Below the pieces are notes generated by a model that did no database searches, was not told the DNA's origin, and saw only the letters and a program-made list of their open reading frames with translations. DNA of 11,690 bases, from NCBI RefSeq assembly GCF_006345805.1, contig NW_021826880.1, forward strand, positions 1 to 11,690, in the 5' to 3' direction. The position numbers were made by a program, and so were the translations under genes. The stretch is from Octopus sinensis. Its lineage: Eukaryota. Shown piece by piece: positions 1 to 7,728 of the stretch. How positions within the stretch are numbered: position 1 is the first letter of the stretch; every line of letters starts with the position of its first letter.

Positions 1-22
1 AGAGAGAGAGAAGAGAGAGAGA
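1..22. repeat. (AG)n microsatellite
   Basis: Read directly from the sequence. Confidence 0.9.
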
Positions 23-879
23 GTGACTGAGTCAGAGAGGTGAGTGCGGTTTACAGGGGTTATCATGACCATTGAATGTTTTGTAGTTAGTCACGTCTGT
101 AGAGGAGTTAGCCAAAGTAGAGATTGGTCAGCTTTCAAAAACCAACCTATTGGCACCAAACACAGTAAATTGCTGTTTTTATTACTACGAGAATGACACA
201 AGAGAGAGGGGGGTTGGGAGAGGGAAACTGAGAAGGAGAGTGCGAGTGTGTGTGGGGGGTGTAGGGAAGAGAAGATTTGAAATGCACTTGTATGGTTTCG
301 GTTGATGTTCAATGCAAACAGTCAACTCTTTATGTCTCAGCTCTGACGTGTTTTGCGCTGTTGAAAGACACTTAACTTTTACTGTCCGCCCTCGTCAAAC
401 TATAAATGTGAATCGCTGGTGAATGGAGTAAACGTGACATGTTGTTTGAAGTTGCAGAATAAAACCAGATTCCAGTGGAATATCAGACGGAGTTGCTTTT
501 GATCTGATTATTGATTGCCGAATGGAAATGACGCGAGAAGAGGAGGACCTTTGGGAGGTGTACTCTATTTTCATCTGGCGAAATGGATGTGAGATTAGTA
601 TTCCTCAGGAGAGGATTCCAGTCTACAGCAGCTAGCTTTCCAAAATATAACTGTTCTGGCTATTCTAACAGTACACACACACGCATGTATGTATGTAAGC
701 ATATATAAATATTAAGCTATGTGCCTATCAAACATATCATCTCAGAACAAAGACCGTAGTTAATTTCGATTTCCATGATGTATCTACATTAAGTATGATA
801 CATAGATCACTATTCTGAACTAATATGGCTACTGTTACACATAACGTGTGTGTAAATAGCAAACGATGGATAGGTGTCA

Positions 880-966
880 ATTCATTACAGCTGTTTCCAA
901 CGATTTTCTTAATTGGTTTAATGAATACATTACATTATTATAAAAAAACCGCTTCCTCAGATGAAT
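880..966 (-). ncRNA. Type I hammerhead ribozyme motif (HH1), Penelope-like-element type
   Basis: The minus strand reads AUUCAU-CUGAGGA-[AGCGG UUUUUUU...AAGAAAA UCGUU G]-GAAAC AGCU GUA-AUGAAU. Helix I is a perfect 6 bp (966-961 with 885-880). The core CUGAGGA is at 960-954 and GAAA at 897-894. Helix III is the palindrome ACAGCUGU. The GUA triplet predicts cleavage at 886/885. Confidence 0.85.
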
Positions 967-1078
967 ACAGGAACTTTACAATTAATGACATTTGGAAAGG
1001 TTTAAAATCCCCGGCATGTGCATATTTTGTAATCCAACGATGAACGCTAGTCGCAGAATTCTGAATATTATGTATATA

Positions 1079-1084
<6 letters not shown>

Positions 1085-1122
<38 letters not shown>

Positions 1123-1186
1123 TGTGTGTGTTGTGTGTGTCTGTGTGTGTCTGTGTGTGTCTGTGTGTGTGTGTATGTGTGTGTGT
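1085..1186. repeat. (GT)n microsatellite, interrupted
   Basis: Read directly from the sequence. Confidence 0.95.
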
Positions 1187-1220
1187 AAATATAAATATAA
1201 TATGTGACAACTATTTGGTT

Positions 1221-1288
1221 GTCATATTAAAACTCAGAGTTTCGGATTCCGGAGATGAAGCCCGCTCCGGCATTTCATCAGTTAAGAC
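1221..1288 (-). ncRNA. Type I hammerhead ribozyme motif (HH2)
   Basis: The minus strand reads GUCUUAA-CUGAUGA-[AAUG CCGGAG cgggcuucau CUCCGG AAUCC]-GAAAC UC U GA GUU-UUAA. The core is at 1281-1275 and GAAA at 1243-1240. Helix III is ACUC-U-GAGU and helix I is UUAA/UUAA. Predicted cleavage is at 1231/1230. The base of helix II is mismatched. Confidence 0.75.
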
Positions 1289-1302
1289 AGAAAATGAACA
1301 TT

Positions 1303-1304
1303 TA

Positions 1305-1345
<41 letters not shown>
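1303..1345. repeat. (ATT)n, tail and target of E1
   Basis: Read directly from the sequence. It abuts the E1 3' UTR. Confidence 0.95.
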
Positions 1346-1346
<1 letters not shown>

Positions 1347-2080
1347 TGTTTAACTTTTGCTTTGTATTTGTACAAGTTGACTCCAAGTCTCACCCAGAGA
1401 CCTCAAGCGATAACAAGTTTGAAGTTCCTGTTGGTGTTATGCCTAGGGTGTCATATATTTGGTTTTACACATAATATTTATCTAGAGAATGTTTAAGAAA
1501 ATTATGGATTTGTTTTAAAATTTGAGATTACATAGACAGTATTTTATGTAGGATATGGGCAGTTCCCATGAGCACTATCTTTTAAATTTCTACCATTTTG
1601 GGGGGTTTCCTGATATCTGAGCTAGGTAGTAGCAATCATCCTCTTTTGCTATAATTCCTGGGGCACCTATGACAACAGGTATTATTTTAGTCTTGAGGTT
1701 CCACATTTCGCCAATTTCTATTTCAAGATCTTTATACTGGCTCAGTTTTTGGTAGGTCTTGACAGATACATTTATATCGATTGGGACAGTCATATCAATG
1801 AGGAGGCATGATTTTGGTCTGAAGTCTTTCAATATAATGTCTGGCCTATTCGCATCTATCTTTCTGTCAGTCTGAATGGTAAAGTTCCGGAGGAGTGAGA
1901 TGTGATCATTTTCAAGCAATGGAGGTGGTTTGTATTCCCACCAGTTTTTATCATGGGGAGGTCCAGATTTTTGCAAATTTCTCAGTGAATATACTGTGCA
2001 GCTCTATCATGCCTGTTGAGATACTCTATAGGAGCAAGAAGAGTGCACTTGGAGACAACATGATCAACGGTTTCATTATG
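1346..2080 (-). mobile_element. 5'-truncated, decayed R4/Dong-like non-LTR retrotransposon (E1): end of zinc knuckle, RLE endonuclease, 3' UTR
   Basis: The minus-strand translation gives HNETVDHVVSKC...RHD, then NRPDIILKD...LLID...KYKDLEIEI...IPVVIGA (PD..D restriction-like endonuclease) and KIVLMGTAHILHKILSM* with the stop at 1530-1528. It carries a nonsense codon at 1984-1982, frameshifts near 1955 and 1600, and a further in-frame TAA. The 3' UTR runs into an (AAT)n tail. Confidence 0.9.
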
Positions 2081-2293
2081 GTGGTACTGAAACCTATGCT
2101 CCAAAGACAACAGGGATAACCGTTATGTTTGATTCTCTCAGCTGCCATATCTTGGCGACCTCAATTCTCAGGTCTCCATATCTATCAACCTTTTCTCTTT
2201 CTATCATGATAATATGTTGATCTCCTCGCACTACCACGTCGATTATTAAGCTCTCTTGTTTGTCCCTCCTAACAGTTACTATATCCGCCTTCG
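2081..2293 (-). mobile_element. Internal RLE fragment of a second R4/Dong-like family (E2), lacking its own 3' end
   Basis: The translation K(A)DIVTVRRDKQESLIIDVVVRGD...EKVDRYGDLRIEVAKIW...VIPVVFGA aligns with the RLE motifs of E1 and E3 but is strongly divergent from both. It is fused directly to the 5' end of E1. Confidence 0.85.
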
Positions 2294-2298
2294 GATAT

Positions 2299-2308
2299 AT
2301 TATTATCA

Positions 2309-2347
<39 letters not shown>

Positions 2348-2378
2348 TTATTATTATTATTATTATATTATTATTATT
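2299..2378. repeat. (ATT)n, tail and target of E3
   Basis: Read directly from the sequence. Confidence 0.95.
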
Positions 2379-2887
2379 CAGTAGTTTATTTTTATAGCGT
2401 GCTTTCACTTCACTACCGAGCGCAGCTGTGTGTGCCTTGGGTATGTGCTGTGATTTGTTGTGATGCTCTGATGGTTATTGTATGGAAAGTGTTCTGCGTA
2501 GGATGTGTGCAGTGGCCTAGTAGTGTATTTTCTGTATGTTTATGTGTTTGTAAGTCCTGGTGTTTTTGTTATGTATTTGTCTGAATATTTTTTTATCATG
2601 CCTAATGCACCTACTATGATAGGAATTGTTTTCTGTTTTCAGGTTCCACATTCTAGTTACCTCTATTTCCAGGTCTTTGTATTTTGAGAGTTTCTCCATT
2701 TCTTTTAGAGACACGTTGTCATCTGTCGGTATTGATACATCAATTAGAAAGCATTTTTTTCTTCATGATCTCTGACAACTATATCTGGTCTGTTGGCCTT
2801 AATTTCTCTATCTGTGTGTATCGGCATATCCCAGAGTATGGTTCTTTCTCGTTTTCTGTGACCTTTTCTGGTGTGTCCTATACCATC

Positions 2888-2888
<1 letters not shown>
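2379..2888 (-). mobile_element. 5'-truncated, decayed R4/Dong-like non-LTR retrotransposon, third family (E3)
   Basis: The minus-strand translation, with several frameshifts, gives TILWDMPIHTDREIKANRPDIVVRD...FLIDVSIPTDDNVSLKEMEKLSKYKDLEIEVTRMWNLK...GALG...TAHILRRTLSIQ* with the stop at 2477-2475. A 3' UTR of about 95 nt and an (AAT)n tail follow. Confidence 0.9.
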
Positions 2889-2944
<56 letters not shown>

Positions 2945-3057
2945 CATTATTATTATTATATTATTATTATTATTATTATTATATATTATTATCATTATAA
3001 TTATTATCATTATCATTTCATTATAGTATTATTATTATATTATTATTATTATTATGA
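2889..3057. repeat. Degenerate (ATT)n between E3 and E4
   Basis: Read directly from the sequence. It includes ATC variants. Confidence 0.95.
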
Positions 3058-3517
3058 TTGAGTGAGAGAGCAGTGCATGCCATCAAAGTGACACTGGGGT
3101 AAAATATACGAAGCCCAATATACCCATCATGACTACCCTCTGATAAGGTACACCAGGCACATGCATCACAACCATATGTGCGCGACATGGTGATCTCATA
3201 TCAAGATAAACAGCACATGACCTTGCAGGTGGGGCCCAGTTAGAATTTCTTCAGGTTGAGTAGCCCATCCTGCTCAAAAGGTCCCTGAATAAGGGTTGTT
3301 TAAGGATGTTGAAAGAACCACCCATGTTTCCAGAGGTGAATTATTCAAACCCCAAAGAATCCCTCTCAACACATGGCTATGATGCTCCCCCACTACTTCT
3401 GCTCGTGATCAGAGATGCACATATCGTCAGCCATTAAGGGACATGCCCAACTGGTTACGGTCAAACAACTGACAAGAAAATCTGTGGTATTGAGCAGAAT
3501 ATTTGCTGTAGCCCATC
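3058..3517 (-). mobile_element. About 460-bp non-coding interspersed element (E4) flanked by (AAT)n on both sides, probably non-autonomous
   Basis: Complex sequence bounded by (ATT)n at 2888-3057 and 3518-3530. It has no long ORF and no clear Pol III boxes. It resembles a common octopus repeat (from memory). Strand is inferred from the long (AAT)n tail. Confidence 0.65.
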
Positions 3518-3530
3518 ATTATTATTATTA

Positions 3531-3718
3531 AGGCAGAATCATGGCTAGCAGCATTTTTTCCGACTTCACATTATCACTTCAAATCCCGCCAAGGTTCGCT
3601 TTGCTTTTCATCCCTTCGGGGATGATGAAATAAAGTATCAATCAAGTACCGACTCGATGAAACCAACTTCATCCATCCCCTCTAAATTGATGGCCTTGTG
3701 CCAAAATTTGAAACGATT
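3531..3718 (+). mobile_element. Degenerate tRNA-derived SINE (family 2)
   Basis: It has a B-box-like CTTCAAATCCCGCC followed by AAGGTTCGCTTTGCTTTTCATCCCTTCGGGG and a GGCCTTGTGCC-type tail. It shares blocks with 6797-6950. Confidence 0.65.
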
Positions 3719-3749
3719 ACACACACACACACACACACACACCCACACC

Positions 3750-3792
<43 letters not shown>
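3719..3792. repeat. Compound (AC)n(AT)n microsatellite
   Basis: Read directly from the sequence. Confidence 0.95.
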
Positions 3793-3793
<1 letters not shown>

Positions 3794-3794
<1 letters not shown>

Positions 3795-3952
3795 CGGATT
3801 TCTTCCAATTTCTGTCTACCAAATCCACTTACAAGGTTTTGGTCGGCCCACGGCTATAGTAGAAGACACCTGCCCAGGTGCCACGCAGTGGGACTGATCC
3901 CGGAACCATGTGGTTTGGAAGCAAGTTTCTTATCATACAGCCACGCCTGCGC
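3794..3952 (-). mobile_element. tRNA-derived CORE-type SINE (family 1), head and central part only
   Basis: The minus strand reads GCGCAGGCGTGGCTGTATGATAAG...GGATCAGTCCCACTGCGTGGCACCTGGGCAGGTG...GTGGATTTGGTAGAC. It aligns with 4859-5010 and runs into (TA)n/(TG)n with no 3' tail. Confidence 0.85.
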
Positions 3953-3998
3953 TGTATGTATGTATATAATATATATATATATATCTATATATATATAT

Positions 3999-4044
<46 letters not shown>

Positions 4045-4150
4045 TATATGTATGTAAATATATATACATGTATATAATGCATATAATATATATGTATGTA
4101 TAGACATACATTTATATATAATATATGTATGCATGTGTGTGTGTGTATGT
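3953..4150. repeat. (AT)n and (ATGT)n low-complexity tract
   Basis: Read directly from the sequence. Confidence 0.9.
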
Positions 4151-4858
4151 GTGAAGCTATTAGATGCTGACGTGCAAAACCGACTGCAACAGAGGACGGT
4201 TATAATCACATCAGCTACCATCGTGAGCCGACGCATATAAAATATTCAAGACGGTGATGTAACAAGCCAACAGGGTACAACTATTATAACTGTTCAAACA
4301 CAATCAATAGAAACCAGAAACGATTACGAGTAGTGTTTGCGAAGTCCAAGGCAACTAAACAGTTTAAGAATAGACTTGATAAATATTATAATATTACATG
4401 AAAAACATTCTATTATGCAGAAAAAGACTCATTTTACAAACAAGTCGGTCGGCATTCATAGGATTTCGCTGTCGGCTGTGAACAAAAAAAAATATATCAA
4501 TAAATAAAAGAAAAGAAAAGGTGAAGTAAAATAAAATAACAAAATCGCTTTACAATGAAATAAAAAGTTTTATTGTGGTCAAGGTGTTCCTTATATTTTT
4601 ACAGGTGAGAATTGCTATAAATAGTTTACTGAAATACAGGTTAATTCGTTCCTTGTGAGGATTTTTGGGGTGCGCCATAACACACCCAGTTGCTATGAGC
4701 TGTGACATATCGATCAATAGCTACACAGATCGATAGATCATCGGTGTTGCGCTATCATCGGCGTTAACTCCGTTGTTGGCTCACAATGATGAGATTTAAC
4801 TGCGTAAATTCATACATACAGCCATATTTGTACACACACATACACACATACATATACA

Positions 4859-5266
4859 GGCGCAGGAGTAGCTTGTTTACTAATCACATGGTTCCGGGTT
4901 CAGTCTCACTGCATGGCACCTTGGGCAAGTGTCTTCTACTATAGCCTTGGGCCGATCAAAGCCTTGTGAGTGGATTTGATAGACGGAAACTGAAAGAAGC
5001 CCGTCGTGTATGTACAGATATATATGTGTGCGTGTGTGTGTGTGTGTATGCGTGTGTGTGTGTGTGCATGTGTGTTTGTGTGTCTATGATTGTAACCCCA
5101 CCATCGCTTGACAACCGATGCTGGCGTGTTTACGTCCCGTAACATAGCGGTTCGGCAAAAGTGACTTATAGAATAAGTACTAGGCTTATAAAGAATAAGT
5201 GCTGGGTGGATTTGTTCGATTTGCTGAAGCATGGCCGCAGTTAGACAACTAAAACAAATAAAAGAA
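4859..5266 (+). mobile_element. Near full-length tRNA-derived CORE-type SINE (family 1) with an internal (GT)n tract; A box deleted
   Basis: The B box GGTTCAGTCT is at 4897-4906. A CORE-like CACCTTGGGCAAGTG follows, then GACGGAAACTGAAAGAAGCCCGTC, the microsatellite, and a 3' tail matching 11490-11685. Confidence 0.9.
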
Positions 5267-5624
5267 CTTATGTATGTATATATATGATGAGTAAATAAAA
5301 AAAAAACAAGATAAATGCACAAACAAGCGAGAAACAATCATGGATGGTCGCCAGCTCCTCTTCAATTATCGGGCCAGCAGGTCAGAAAGTGCATACTATT
5401 GCTCGAATGAATTTGAACTTAAATTCCGATATCTTCGTCTGGGGCAAAGCACCTAGCATCGAGTGTTTATTAGCGAAATCCAAATAAAGCTGACATGGAA
5501 ACTGTATGGTAGATAAACACAACTTGGGATTCATAAGAATATATATTTACAAGGAGCACAAAAAATACAGAAAAAAGGGAAAATATATATTATATTATAT
5601 ATAAGACATTACGCAATTTCTTCC

Positions 5625-5656
<32 letters not shown>

Positions 5657-5848
5657 GAATGGTTGTATACTGTCAATCTAACGTGAACGTGACAGTAGGG
5701 GCTTACAACATTGCTGTTTAGCCCTAAGAAGCATATACGCTTCCTGCTGACTTCGACACATTTTTCCTGTGTCCTTATATACATTTACGAAGGGAGACAA
5801 ACACCCCCAGCAGCCAGACCTGCATCTATATATATATATATATATATA

Positions 5849-6093
5849 TGCAGTTATGTTATATTCTGTTAAGAACGTAGTAGAGTACAGTATAAAGCTT
5901 TATATTATTCAATATATGTGTATATATCGAAATATGAGAGTAGAAAAACAGCCAACAACTGATGAAGGGCCGTTCTTTATGTTGTTTTCCATTTGTGTCT
6001 TTCGTTCGAAAAAATAGTTCTTATTCCATGTACTCGTACTTCGTACTTTTTTTTGTTGTACACATTTGATGATGATGTCCTGTGCCAATGATG

Positions 6094-6097
<4 letters not shown>
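5849..6097. mobile_element. About 250-bp module between two (TA)n tracts, possibly a remnant of a Penelope-like element
   Basis: Complex sequence bounded by (TA)n on both sides. It contains an isolated CTGATGA at 5959-5965 without convincing hammerhead helices. Confidence 0.3.
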
Positions 6098-6148
<51 letters not shown>

Positions 6149-6268
6149 GTATAGATGTAATTATGTACATATATGTATGGTATATGACTATATACACATA
6201 TTATTATACCATATCCTATATATATATATAGTATATATATATATATATATAATATATATATATATATG
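6098..6268. repeat. Interrupted (AT)n tract
   Basis: Read directly from the sequence. Confidence 0.9.
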
Positions 6269-6377
6269 ATGCACTTTTGTTGGTAAAACTGTTCTTTGTC
6301 TATCTCCTATTCTCTTGGAGATTTGGGGTAAAATTATACTAATGTGTCCTTCTAATTTAAGTAAATTCTATGTCTTT

Positions 6378-6472
6378 GTGCAGCTGAAGATTGCCCTACA
6401 TTTTAAATTGATGTAATGAAATTATTGCATGGTTCAATTAAATGTAGTCGCATGAAACGTTCGTACCTGCAT
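6378..6472 (+). ncRNA. Type I hammerhead ribozyme motif (HH3) with a 63-nt helix II hairpin
   Basis: It reads GUGCAG-CUGAAGA-[UUGC C CUACAUUU UA AAUUGA...UCAAUU AAAUGUAG UC GCAU]-GAAACG UU CGUA-C CUGCAU. The core is at 6384-6390 and GAAA at 6454-6457. Helix III is ACG/CGU. GUA predicts cleavage after 6465. Helix I is 5-6 bp with one extra C. Confidence 0.8.
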
Positions 6473-6607
6473 TACCTCTGGATATCCTTGTTGCTTATTT
6501 TGATATATATATAATTATATATATATATGATGATATATAAATGTATCGCAGTATTTAGCCAAATGTTACGTTTACAACATGAACCTCAGACAGATTTTCC
6601 TTAAAAT

Positions 6608-6675
6608 GTGCGCAGTGGAACTGAACCCGAAGCCATATGGTTGGGAAGTAGACTTCTAATCAGAGTCACGCCTGT
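6608..6675 (-). mobile_element. Degenerate head of a family 1 SINE
   Basis: The minus strand reads AGGCGTGACT...TTCCCAACCATATGGCTTCGGGTTCAGTTCCACTGCGC and aligns with the heads at 3952-3880 and 4859-4915. Confidence 0.7.
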
Positions 6676-6796
6676 AACTATTTCCAAAACGAATGACTTT
6701 GTTTGATATTTGCGCTTTTTTCTTCTTTCTTAAAATTTATCGATAATGAAATTGATAGTTGGTGTTATCGATTAACCCATTGTTTGAGCGTTTCAA

Positions 6797-6950
6797 AATG
6801 GTGAATCGGCAGAGTCCTGAGAGAGTCTGATAAAATACTGCTAGAGTTTCGTTACGATGTTATACATTCTGATTTCAAATTCTGTCGAAGTAAACTTCGC
6901 ATTTTATGTTTTGGTATTGATTATGTAAAATACCAGTAAAATATTAGGGT
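6797..6950 (+). mobile_element. Highly degenerate family 2 SINE
   Basis: GGCAGAGTC...TTCTGATTTCAAATTCTGTCGAAGTAAACTTCGCATTTTAT is colinear with blocks in 3531-3640. Confidence 0.5.
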
Positions 6951-7728
6951 TGTTTTAATTTTCAGAAGAAGCATTTTACTTGTGCTTGTAATTATAATAG
7001 AAGACAAGCGCAAAATATATGCGCTGTGTGTTGCGATAACAATGGATTTAGTCAGATTTCTACCTTCAAAATGAGATGGTATGAGCGATATCCATTAGAC
7101 GGATTGCAAAGATAATGGAAAAAATATTGAGGGAAAAAAATTAACATTAACATTAAAACGTCGGCATTAATAACAAGTTTGGAGTAGCTTCTAGCAATAA
7201 AATGGTGCATTTACGAACCAGAAGGAACGCCTACGAGCAAACGAACGAACTTCTATGTAAACGCATTTAATGCTAGACATAACAAATCTATCTTCTCCAG
7301 ATCATACCTTCTGTGTTAACAATGGAAAGAATTATTGGATAATGTATTCTTTGATAAACTATGCCTGAAAAGAAGATGTATTAATGACGGTTGGAAAAGT
7401 TTTGATCATAAATCTGTTGAATTAAATATGACTTGGGGCAAAACCATACCACTTCTAACATCACAATGATTACCAATTTCACTATGAGACTGCTATTAAT
7501 ATTAAGAATATTAACATCACTGCGAGGTAGAACCTCTACATGGTTGCTCAACGGGCCAAACATAGCAGTCAAACATCTTTCAAATTACATATCCTATTGC
7601 GTTCAATTAAATCACATTAAATAATGTTGACTTACAGTGTAATAAAAAGACTGGATGGCCATGGATGGAATGTTTTTGTTAAATAAGGGTGAACATGAGG
7701 CTAAGTAATATAGGCAACGAAATCACAA

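Noticed and set aside
560-615. CUGAGGA core on the minus strand at 608-602 with a downstream GAAA
   Set aside because: There is no helix III pairing and no helix I.
938-1496. ORFs 938-1210, 992-1207, 1086-1496 and 1211-1393
   Set aside because: They are mostly translated (GT)n and (ATT)n (HTHT, VCVC, poly-I) plus an antisense retrotransposon UTR.
2399-3061. Plus-strand ORFs 2399-2584, 2505-2687 and 2684-3061 (also 1895-2119)
   Set aside because: They are antisense to the RLE remnants or run through (ATT)n.
3248-3430. CUGAAGA (3254-3248) and CUGACGA (3430-3424) on the minus strand within E4
   Set aside because: No suitably placed GAAA with helices II and III. An HDV-like fold of the E4 5' end also failed by eye (no L3 or J4/2 motif).
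4716-4745. 8-bp inverted repeat TATCGATC/GATCGATA
   Set aside because: Too short for a pre-miRNA or transposon terminal repeat, and it has no supporting context.
5395-5480. GAATTTGAACT, a B-box-like motif on the minus strand (similar motif near 8530)
   Set aside because: The flanks do not align convincingly with either SINE family, so there is too little to call an element or a tRNA.
5925-6030. CUGAUGA at 5959-5965 with GAAA both upstream and downstream
   Set aside because: Neither a type I nor a type II arrangement gives acceptable helices. It could be a very decayed motif.
3854-6269. ORFs rich in YI, IY and HT repeats, and similar ORFs at 9596-11553
   Set aside because: They are translations of microsatellites and SINEs with no recognisable domain.
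6950-7115. Acceptor-like TTTTAATTTTCAG followed by a 49-codon Cys-rich open frame
   Set aside because: No recognisable domain, and an open frame this long is expected by chance somewhere in the window.
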